From an uncultured delta proteobacterium (GTDB lineage: Bacteria; Myxococcota_A; Polyangia; Polyangiales; B10-G4): DNA of 64,000 nt. How positions within the stretch are numbered: the stretch's first letter is position 1; the number at the start of each line of letters is the position of its first letter. The stretch is from assembly GCA_963727445.1 (NCBI GenBank), contig CAVSGI010000010.1, positions 256,001 to 320,000 of the forward strand, in the 5' to 3' direction. Shown here piece by piece: positions 43,868 through 51,963 of the stretch. The position numbers were made by a program, and so were the translations under genes. Under the pieces are notes generated by a model. That model ran no database searches and had not been told where the DNA came from. It worked only from the letters and a program-made list of their open reading frames with translations.

Positions 43868-45256
43868 TCAGGGGACCATGGTACGAGCCGAAATCACGAC
43901 GTCGCCATCGCTGCGAACCGCGAGATCTGTGGCCCACTCGTCCGGTCCTGGCAAGTCACCGGGAGACCGAAACCACGTGAGGCCATTCAAGTCCACTTGA
44001 TACAGTACCGCTTGGTTGACGTCATCGTCATCGACGTGCTCGTAGCTTCTTCCGACCACGAGGATGGAGCCGGGCTCCGGTCGAAGTTGGATGCCATAGG
44101 CCGACTCGTGCCAACGTGCGGTGGTACCGAGAAGAGCGTAGCCCGTCATGAATCCGAACGAGGTGTCGAGCGCACCCGTTGGGCCGAGGGCCGCTACTAC
44201 AATCCGGCCGGCGTGGAGGCCCCGCTCCGTATCGAAGGCCGTCGCTGTTGCTGCGAGCAGCAACCTGCCCTCGCCGTCGAAGACACCGCCGTTCGCCCAG
44301 GAATGCCCGGTCTCGCCAGTCATGGCCGAACCGGGAAGAACGGCAAAGCCGGTTCCTGAGCCTCCGAACGCAAGATCCGGGGTGCAATCTTCTGCGCGAA
44401 TCTTGCCGACCCAGATCGAGCGAACGCTGGAAAGAAGATGAAGTTGACCGATGAGGTAGATGTCGTCAGTTGCCGGATCGATCGCGAGTCCGCGTACGAC
44501 CACGTTGCTGGTCAGGTTGGCAGCCCCACCTCCATCGCTCGGGAAGAGCTGCAACCACTCGAAGACGCCGTTCTGTCCGCACGACGGGTCTGGATTGCCA
44601 TTTTCATCGAGTCGGGCCACGACGGGTCTCCCATACGCCGTCAACAGGTCGAACCAGCCATGCCCGGCGACCACGATTCGCCCCAGTGAATCCAGGCCGA
44701 TGTCTGTGGCGCGCTCATCGCGAAGCGTCGGAGAGTCGATCAACTCGTACCCATCCACCGCCGCAGCGTCACCGAAGGACAGATCCCTCACTCCCGTGGC
44801 CGTGTAGCGAGCCACCGCCATGCGGCCCGGAGTAGAAACATAGCCGGCCGCAACGAGGTAGTCGGTGGCAGCCAGGTTCTGGTAGGCGACAGCGGCATAC
44901 TCTTCGTCGGCAGAGCTAAGAAAGTCCTCCACCACGCGACCAGAACCGGAGCCGAACGCGGGATCCTCAACGCCAGTAGACAGATAGCGCGCCAAGGCAA
45001 ACACTCGGCCCGACGCCCCGGTCCCAAAGCCCACCGTGGCGAGCCCGTCGGCGGGGTCCACCACGATGTCGTTGGCTTGCTCGCGAGGGCCACTGAAATC
45101 GGTGGAGCGCGTCCAGAGCCGATCGAAAACGAGGCCGGTGGAGAGCGCCGGCCGCGTGCACGCTCGGAAATCCGGTGATACGTTCGCAGCATGACTCGTT
45201 CGTTGTTCGCAGAGACAACGATGGTGTTCCTCCTGGTGGGCTGCGGCGTCTCTCAT
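43868..45256 (-). CDS. Delta-60-repeat (beta-propeller-like) protein, ends uncertain
   Basis: Repeats of type LARYLSTGVEDPAFG, ARYTATGVRDLSFG, GALDTSFG. Confidence 0.7.
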   Translation of the reverse strand: MRDAAAHQEEHHRCLCEQRTSHAANVSPDFRACTRPALSTGLVFDRLWTRSTDFSGPREQANDIVVDPADGLATVGFGTGASGRVFALARYLSTGVEDPAFGSGSGRVVEDFLSSADEEYAAVAYQNLAATDYLVAAGYVSTPGRMAVARYTATGVRDLSFGDAAAVDGYELIDSPTLRDERATDIGLDSLGRIVVAGHGWFDLLTAYGRPVVARLDENGNPDPSCGQNGVFEWLQLFPSDGGGAANLTSNVVVRGLAIDPATDDIYLIGQLHLLSSVRSIWVGKIRAEDCTPDLAFGGSGTGFAVLPGSAMTGETGHSWANGGVFDGEGRLLLAATATAFDTERGLHAGRIVVAALGPTGALDTSFGFMTGYALLGTTARWHESAYGIQLRPEPGSILVVGRSYEHVDDDDVNQAVLYQVDLNGLTWFRSPGDLPGPDEWATDLAVRSDGDVVISARTMVP

Positions 45257-45640
45257 CCCGCGGACGACTCCGGCTTCGACGCAGACGCGAATCCCCCGGA
45301 TGCCGGACTAGATGCCGACGGATCTGCGGATGTTTCCGCGTCCGACACTGATGCCGCCCGTGACGCCGATGCCTTCGATACCACCCCTCCGCTGATCACC
45401 ACGTGCGAGGGCCTGTATGCCTACGAGGCCCGCTGCATGGAGGAGTTCAGCTCCTGCACCGAGATCGAGCCCAGGGTGATCTCTCACGGCTGTGATGATG
45501 AGCTGACAGCGCTCTTTGCTTGCTTCGTGGAGGAGAGGTGCATTCCGTTCGCCTGCGAAAGCGTTCGCTTTCCTTTGCTGGACTGCCTAGACGCCTACTG
45601 TCGGAGGATGCCCACACCACCTGAGTGTCCCGATACGTAG
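45191..45640 (+). CDS. Small Cys-rich lipoprotein
   Basis: Lipobox LLVGC, D/A-rich linker, C-terminal domain with 10 Cys. Confidence 0.65.
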   Translation: MTRSLFAETTMVFLLVGCGVSHPADDSGFDADANPPDAGLDADGSADVSASDTDAARDADAFDTTPPLITTCEGLYAYEARCMEEFSSCTEIEPRVISHGCDDELTALFACFVEERCIPFACESVRFPLLDCLDAYCRRMPTPPECPDT

Positions 45641-45699
45641 GCGTCGTCGCGGGGGATACGCGTGAAGAAGGTGATGACCGTGGTAGTTGGTCAACGGAG

Positions 45700-45797
45700 G
45701 GACCGAAAGTGAACGCGGGCTGGACCAAGAGTGAACGCGAGCCTCTCAGGCGGACCAAGAGTGAACACGGGGTCGAAAGTCTGGACCGAAAGTGATC
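45700..45797. repeat. Iteron-like direct repeats GGACCRARAGTGAWC
   Basis: Copies at 45700, 45722, 45752 and 45783 plus a partial at 45771, followed by an AT-richer tract. Confidence 0.7.
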
Positions 45798-46624
45798 ACC
45801 CTTTAATCCCTGATCTCAGATCAATCCCAGAAGACGGAGAAATCCCAATACGCCGCTCGCTCTGCTCGAAGGGGATATCGGCGGCCGTCGACCCAACCGC
45901 GCGTCCCAGCGACGTTTCGGACGATTGGTTGCGACCGGTGGAAATCGATCAGCTCCTCGAAAGCGAGGCCATCCCGATCCACCTGCGCACCGTATACGCT
46001 GCCGCCATCGGACTCGCGCTCCGACTGAACGACCTCAAGAACGCCGAAGTCGCCCACGTCGACCTAGACTGCAAGGTACCGGGCCCCGGCATCCGCGTCT
46101 GGATCAGCAAGTCGAGGATCTACCACCGGGTTCCGATCATGCCTTGGTTGGTGCCCATTCTCAGGGAGCACATCGCACGGCTCCCGCCGGGCTCGCGCTG
46201 GCTCTTCGCAAACCGGAAAGGAGAGCGCTACTGCAAGGGCTACGATTTCAAGTGGGCCGAGAAGAAGGCGAAGCGGGGGGCCTACGACTCAGCGCTCACG
46301 ATCGCCGGGGTGGACCGCCGGATTCGGTTCCACGACCTCCGAGGCACCTGCGCAACGCACCTAGCCCTCGGTACCTGGGGGCGGGCGTGGAGCCACTTCG
46401 AGATCCAGAAGATGCTCGCGCATTCGGACGCGAAGGTCACCGAGCGCTACCTCAAGCGCGTCGTGGACCCGCTCGCCGACGCTGCCCGGAACACGCCCGG
46501 TGGGCCTCGGTTCGGCGTCCACGGCCGTCCACGCCGCGAAGGCGTGGAGGACGTGCAGCCCAACGAGATCAAAGCGGAGCGGGCGATCGGGTTCGAACCG
46601 ACGACATTCAGCTTGGGAAGCTGA
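45731..46624 (+). CDS. Tyrosine recombinase/integrase A (catalytic domain; N-terminal domains apparently missing)
   Basis: ALRLND (R), ISKS (K), FHDLRGT (HxxR), LAHSD, TERY; runs antisense into the tRNA and stops there. Confidence 0.85.
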   Translation: MNASLSGGPRVNTGSKVWTESDHPLIPDLRSIPEDGEIPIRRSLCSKGISAAVDPTARPSDVSDDWLRPVEIDQLLESEAIPIHLRTVYAAAIGLALRLNDLKNAEVAHVDLDCKVPGPGIRVWISKSRIYHRVPIMPWLVPILREHIARLPPGSRWLFANRKGERYCKGYDFKWAEKKAKRGAYDSALTIAGVDRRIRFHDLRGTCATHLALGTWGRAWSHFEIQKMLAHSDAKVTERYLKRVVDPLADAARNTPGGPRFGVHGRPRREGVEDVQPNEIKAERAIGFEPTTFSLGS

Positions 46625-46650
46625 CACTCTACCAACTGAGTTACGCCCGC
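46578..46650 (-). tRNA. tRNA-Gly (CCC)
   Basis: GCGGGCGTAACTCAGTTGGTAGAGTGTCAGCTTCCCAAGCTGAATGTCGTCGGTTCGAACCCGATCGCCCGCT forms a complete cloverleaf; CCA is not encoded (CCG follows). Confidence 0.96.
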
Positions 46651-46662
46651 AAGTGACCGATG

Positions 46663-46691
46663 TTCTTAGCCATTGCCTCCTTCGGCGTCAA
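46663..46691 (-). promoter_or_regulatory. Element-supplied sigma70-type promoter for the central tRNA
   Basis: TTGACG-N17-TAAGAA, 12 nt upstream of the tRNA, overlapping the integrase B stop codon. Confidence 0.6.
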
Positions 46692-47879
46692 GCTCCCCCG
46701 AATCGTCCCCAGACCGATCCCCAGAGTCGGCCGGCGCGGAGCCGTTCTTGGCCCCTTGGACGAGCCGAAGAACCCTCCTGACGGCCGCCCGCTTCTCGTC
46801 GCCCTCGACGAAGGAGTAGTGGGCGGTCATCGCGTCGGTGACGTGGCCCATGAGGGCCTGAGTGACGATCGGGCTCGTCACCTGTCGCGTGAGGTTGTTG
46901 TTCGTTCGCCGGAGACCACTGCCGAGCGTCACGCGCCGATCGATCTTCGCAGCGGCCAGTACCTTCTTCCAAGGGTTACGAATCCCGCTCCCGTTCCGGA
47001 TGATCTTCCCCACCGTGGAAGGGAAGACCAGGCCGGAGGCGATGCGTGCGGCGTCGCCTTCTGACAGGAGACGTTCGCGGTGATCCTTCAGGATGTTGGC
47101 CAGGTAGGGCTCTATGGGTACGCCTCGAACCCTGATGCCCGTCTGACGCGTGGTCTTCAGCTTTGGCTCGCTATCTCCCTGGTACTGCGCCCGCCGGAAG
47201 GTAATCTCCGGTATTTGGAAGTCGACATCCTTCCATAGCAAGGCGCTCACGGCTCCGTAGCGCGCCCCTGTCAGCGCGATAGTCGCGAAGAAGGGATGCC
47301 ACTGAGGAGTGACCTCCTGTGCAGCGACCAGAACACGCGCCAACTCCTCAGCCGTGAGTCGATTCGAGTCCTCTTCTTCACTGGACGTCTCTTCGCGTAG
47401 ATAGCGAACCCGAGCGGCGGGGTTCACGGACAATCCGAACTCCACGGTCATGTCGGACATCATCGTCTTCACCACGCGAAGGTAGCCGTTCGCCGTGACC
47501 GGCTGATTGGGTCGGGTATCGCGCCACTTGCAGACATCGCGGTGCTTCACGGCATCCACGTAGAAGTCGCCCAGCCATCCGAGGTGGTCGAGCGCGTTGC
47601 CGTAAGTGTCCAGCGTCGATTTAGCGATCTCGCCGGCCTTTGATCTCAGCCACGATTCGGCGAAATCTGCGACTCTTTGCCGTGGCTTTGGTTCCGTCTC
47701 GTTGAGTAGCTCTTCCCTCAGCCTTGCTCGGATCGCCGCCGCGTCCGCGGCGCTTCGCGCCTGAACGATCCGAATCCCACCTCCTTTTGCTTTCCGGTTC
47801 TCGGGTCCATTGTCGTTGCCCGGACGCGGTAATCGCCTTTCCGGACTCTTCTTACACCTGGGTACTTCGTTGGTTTCAT
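46666..47879 (-). CDS. Tyrosine integrase B (probable frameshift near 47775)
   Basis: GGAGG-N5-ATG start MKPTKYPGVRR...DPRTGKQKEV, then in another frame VADFAESWL, TGARYG, SGLRRT, MGHVT...HY. Confidence 0.85.
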
Positions 47880-47884
47880 CCCAA

Positions 47885-48156
47885 CCTCCAACCCCAGGCG
47901 CTTCGTGCCGGGGGCAATGGTCCCCCCGCCGAAGGAAGGAGTCGAGCGTCGATTTCAGGTACAGCCGCCGTCGCCGAGAGCCGGCGTCGGGGGTGAGGTG
48001 GCCGCGCGCCACCGCGGTGCGCAGGCCGGAGGCGGTCATTCGGCAGTAGGCAGCGGCCTCCTCGGTGACGAAGTAGGGCGACACTCTCCCACTTGGTCTT
48101 TCTCGATCGTCCTGCGCATGGCGATCCTCGATCGCACGGTCGTCTTCGTCGCGCAT
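47885..48156 (-). CDS. Excisionase-like HTH protein (boundaries approximate; as sequenced, in frame with the integrase body)
   Basis: PYFVTEEAAAYCRMTASGLRTAVARGHL...RRRLYLKSTLDSFL. Confidence 0.7.
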
Positions 48157-48271
48157 CGCATCCAGATTTCTCCGGAGGCAGGAGCCACGAGTTCCGGTTG
48201 TCGTCGCTCACGAGGGAGCGCCATGGTGTCCATCTCATGGTGTTCAGCGGGCGGGTTGTTGTCTGTGTGGG

Positions 48272-48870
48272 CTACTCGAATGCCCACGTGCTCTCGTTCA
48301 GCTCTCGACCGTTGAGTAGCTGCACGCTCCAGCGGACGCGAGACCCTGAGCCCCGCCCGTTCTTGATCGCGACCTGCACCGACTCGCGGATGCACTTCGC
48401 GCCATCCGCTGGGTGCAGCAGCCCGCGAAGAACGGCATCGACGATCTTCCACCGCTGCATCCACGCCCAATGCGACTCGGACTGCATCTCAAGAAGCGCT
48501 GCGAGCAGCGGGGGCTTCAGAGCACCGACAATGACGTCGGGATCCCCACCAGTGTCCGAGGTGACCTCGACAGCAGCGCGCCAGATCACCCTGGCCAGCT
48601 CGATGCATCCGCGCAGCCACGCCGTGATGAGTGAAGCCGAGGTACTTCCGCGAGAAGCGGCAGAAGCTGCCGCCGATGTATCGGCGGTGCAGCTTGCGGT
48701 GCTCCACGGTCTCCAGAATCTCGCCCCAGAGGAGCAGATTGTAGACATCGGCCTTGAGCGCGGTCTCCAGGACGCCGCGGGGAAGGACGTGGGTCCGGCC
48801 CGAACTCGACAGCAGGTGCTCGGGATCGAAGATAGAAGGCGCCCTCGGCGTCAACGAGTGCGTCAACGCC
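48272..48870 (-). pseudogene. Phage-like hypothetical (DUF3102-like helix motif), split over two frames
   Basis: WGEILETVEHRKLHRRYIGGSFCRFSRKYLGF... joins ...CIELARVIWRAA across a frameshift. Confidence 0.35.
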
Positions 48871-48989
48871 GAGGGCTTCAAGCTGTCCGCGGTGCCCGGC
48901 CGGATAATCGATTTGGGTGTCCCGGTCCCATGACTCCTATGGGGCCTATGAGAGCGGGGACCTGCCGCTTGGGCAGAATGGCGGGGGTC

Positions 48990-49292
48990 AGTCGGCCCCC
49001 GCCCTCGGCCGTGCCTAGTGCGGAAAAGAGAAGTGATGTCTCGGAGTTCAGGGAACTCCAGGTCGACCTGTTCGAGCGCCGACCAAAGTTTGAGATTGCC
49101 CGCCGCGGGTTCGTACGCGCGGAGCCAGGACTCTAGGACCTGCATGCGGTTGGTGGTGTCGGGGGCACTCGCCCCAAGCCTCCCGAGCAGGTTCCACACC
49201 TTCGCGGCCCGGGAGTCGGCAGCGCCCCTCGAAGTACTCGAAGCCCAAGAAGGTGAACGGGTCCCGGATGCCCCCAACGCTCCGCTTGTACT
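48990..49292 (-). pseudogene. Possible reverse transcriptase C-terminal remnant (domains 6-7 plus thumb)
   Basis: YKRSVGGIRDPFTFLGFEY then, after a 1-nt shift, AAKVWNLLGRL...VLESWLRAY; no YxDD present. Confidence 0.35.
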
Positions 49293-50994
49293 CGGAGTGA
49301 CCTCGGCGGTTGCGCAGTACACCCCCGCGTGCTGGGCGGACCCTCAGCCCGAGGGATGTCCTTCGAAGCGGCAACGTCGATGTGTATCTCAACGTCGATA
49401 CGATCGGCCTATATGAAAGATCCTGACACGCTACGAACAAGCGCTGCTCGAAGTGCTCGCGGTTTGGAACGGGCGTTCCCACGCAGACATCAACCTAGAG
49501 TATCGCGGGAGAACCAGTGACACGAAGAAGGGTCCCAACACGCTCGTCGTCGACTTCATCGAAAGCTTCTTCTGCGACACGCGAGCATGCCCTCAGATAA
49601 TGGTCGGCGCTCAAGGCGTCTCCAACTGCTCCGGTGAAGGAGCCTTTGTCCAAGTAGTCCTCCGCGATTGCGTGGCGCCGCCGGGCTGAAGTGCGCCACC
49701 CGGTGCGTGCAGCGAGAACAACCCGTACGGGCCGTGGATGCCTGATACCGCACTCCGCACTTGGTCGACGGACCGCTCCACCGGCATATCTTTCCAGGGG
49801 ATCCGACCCACGAACTGGGTCATGCACTGGCCGGCGTCGGGCACACCACCTGCCCGGGCACGATGGAGGCGACCGCATGGGGTGCCGGGCAGCCCGACTG
49901 CATCCTGTACTCCGAGGATCAGTTGGCCATTCGTGGTGCCATCGGCTTCACATGGGACACCCCGAAGATATCCGAATCATCCGACGGACTAAACTGGGTC
50001 TCAAAGGTCAACGCCAGTGCCAATCCCTGGGCCGGCTCGCATCCCAGTTCGACCACTCTCTATGGCGCTTTTCCACCAGCGGTTGCCGGTCTGCCTTCGT
50101 GGTCTAATGAGCGAGTTCAAACCACCACGCTACTTGTCGACTACGCCGAGCGGTTCCGAAGCGTGGGAGACGTAGGGGGATAGTTTCCGCTGCCCTCGAC
50201 GACCGGCGACTTCAACGGCTCGACGCTGGCGGTTAGCTGGTTTGGCGCAGTACGCGGACGCGACCGCATCCTATTGCGATCCGGGACCGTTCCCAAGCGG
50301 CATGAGTGGCTGCCACCTGTTTCTTGCGTACGCCGTCGGCAGCGCGACGCCCACGGTTGGCTCGTACACACCAACTACCGGTGTAGGGACTGGAGAGGCG
50401 CCCAGAGTCCAGTACAATCCGGCGTTCGATGAGTTTGTCGCATTCTTCATAGACGCCGATACAGGCCAACTGAGATGGATGCGGGCACCCGCGATCAGTG
50501 GAGCGTGGGGACCTGACGCCCCGGTGACCGGCGCTGTCGGCGGAATGATGTTGCGGCACCTCGGCGGGGTTGTGTTTGATCCAACGACCGGAGACGGTCT
50601 GTTGACTGCCACACGAGACGACGGGACACCCCGCAATGCTATCTGGCAGATCGGACTCAATCGGACACCGTCGGGAGCCTACAACGCGTTTGCCGTGGGA
50701 CCCGCCGGAACGATCGTTGGGGAGCATCAGACGTTCAGCGAGTTCGGGATGGCGCGCGCCTCGGATGGCCGCGTGCTCCTAGCCTTCAGCGCGACGATCC
50801 CGATGGCTCCGCCATTTGCGTGGCGTCGCCGCTTGATGGTCTCCGAGAAGACCTCCATCAACCCAGGAGTACCGTTCCCGACCCCGTCGGAGCCGGGTAG
50901 TCCGCCCGTAATCAGTGAGGTGGGAGTCGATCTCACCTACGATGCGTTTGAAGACCGCTGGATCCTTGGTGTGGTGAAGGCAGAATGGGAGTAG
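49290..50994 (+). pseudogene. Matrixin-like (metzincin) secreted metalloprotease, fragmented by frameshifts and probably 5'-truncated
   Basis: EVLAVWN...INLEYRG, THELGHALAGVGH...GTM (Met-turn)...LYSEDQLAIR, followed by a beta-rich C-terminal region. Confidence 0.6.
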
Positions 50995-50996
50995 CC

Positions 50997-51458
50997 ATGA
51001 CTAGACTCATTCCTCTGATCGGCGTTGCGGCCGTGCTTGGTGGCTGTTCACTCTCCCACGAAGATGAGACCACGCCCTCGTCTTCGGAGTCTGTTGCGAC
51101 TCCCACGCCAGCTCCTTCCCCTCCTCCTCCATCCTTCCATGCCCCAGACGGGTGGAACTGTGCCATCTCGACCCACGCGGCCTGGCGGAACCAAACTAGC
51201 TGGGCACGTACGATCGTTGTTGAGTCCTCCGAGCAGGTTTCGGCCGAAGGAGAGTACCTGCGCGAGTACGCCATAGTGCCGTCGGTTGAATCGCCCACGC
51301 GAGTCGGTCGCGTATGGGCGCTTCCTGAGCTGGGCCAACCCGACGGCGCGTTTGTGGCACTCCTCGATTCTGGCGATCAAGTCTTCATGTGGGCACCTCT
51401 CAATGATCGGGTTGTCCATTTCGCTGACGAGAGAGCGACCCTCGATGACCTCTTGTAA
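50997..51458 (+). CDS. Hypothetical lipoprotein
   Basis: MTRLIPLIGVAAVLGGC lipobox, Pro-rich linker. Confidence 0.6.
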   Translation: MTRLIPLIGVAAVLGGCSLSHEDETTPSSSESVATPTPAPSPPPPSFHAPDGWNCAISTHAAWRNQTSWARTIVVESSEQVSAEGEYLREYAIVPSVESPTRVGRVWALPELGQPDGAFVALLDSGDQVFMWAPLNDRVVHFADERATLDDLL

Positions 51459-51747
51459 CTCCTTCTTCTGGGTTCTGGTCCTCGCTCTCGTATGCGTGAG
51501 CTGCTCTAGCAGCAGAACTCCCTCCGATGGAGGTGTCGACGCATCGCTGGATGCCGCTGACAGCGGTGGGGAAGATGCTCTTGACGGCGCTTCGCATGAC
51601 GCCGCGCTCGACGGCGCATCGTCCGATTCTGACGCCACTGACACCATGTGTCGCGGGATGGAGGAGCCGTGCACCGTTGACGAGGACTGCTGCTCCTACG
51701 CGTGCTCGGTCCGCCTCCGCCTTTGCGGAATGCCAATCGACCCTTGA
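51445..51747 (+). CDS. Small lipoprotein with C-C-CC-C-C (knottin-like) C-terminal module
   Basis: Signal/lipobox VCVSC, D/A/S linker, CRGMEEPCTVDEDCCSYACSVRLRLC. Confidence 0.65.
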   Translation: MTSCNSFFWVLVLALVCVSCSSSRTPSDGGVDASLDAADSGGEDALDGASHDAALDGASSDSDATDTMCRGMEEPCTVDEDCCSYACSVRLRLCGMPIDP

Positions 51748-51874
51748 TGGGGTCAGTGCGGGATCCCCAGAGCGATCCCCAGACCCGGTGGGACACCACG
51801 AAGCGGCACGAAGCGCCTAGGGACGCGATTGCTTCGTGATTACCGAATCTGCGAATCGTCTCGTGGTGGCTTGA

Positions 51875-51917
51875 TCAGCTTGGGAAGCTGACACTCTACC
51901 AACTGAGTTACGCCCGC
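51875..51917 (-). repeat. att site: 5' half of tRNA-Gly(CCC)
   Basis: 43/43 identical to 46608-46650. Confidence 0.94.
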
Positions 51918-51929
51918 AGAGGAGCGGGA

Positions 51930-51957
51930 TAGTTAGCTACGGCGGGCGGGGCGTCAA
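51930..51957 (-). promoter_or_regulatory. Probable original host tRNA promoter
   Basis: TTGACG-N16-TAACTA, 12 nt upstream of the tRNA 5' half. Confidence 0.5.
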
Positions 51958-51963
51958 GTGGGC

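Larger units (their letters stand above)
41558..46621. mobile_element. Integrative element A (satellite/prophage remnant) at tRNA-Gly
   Basis: Bounded by tRNA 3'-half direct repeats; carries a tyrosine integrase and a primase/Rep; visibly less GC-rich than the flanks. Confidence 0.88.
46608..51917. mobile_element. Integrative element B at the same tRNA-Gly, duplicating its 5' half
   Basis: Bounded by identical 43-bp tRNA 5'-half repeats; integrase plus excisionase-like HTH; visibly less GC-rich. Confidence 0.88.

Noticed and set aside
45700..45797. Possible mini-CRISPR array
   Set aside because: Repeats are only 15 bp with short, irregular gaps (7-16 bp) and no cas genes; iteron-like is a better fit.
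48900..49420. Intact retron, DGR or group II intron
   Set aside because: No YxDD motif, template/variable repeat pair, msr-msd inverted repeats or intron domain V could be identified; at most an RT remnant.
41558..51917. Split or trans-spliced tRNA genes, or a complete prophage
   Set aside because: The halves overlap in an att core, lack complementary leader/trailer sequences and flank integrases; no structural phage genes are visible.
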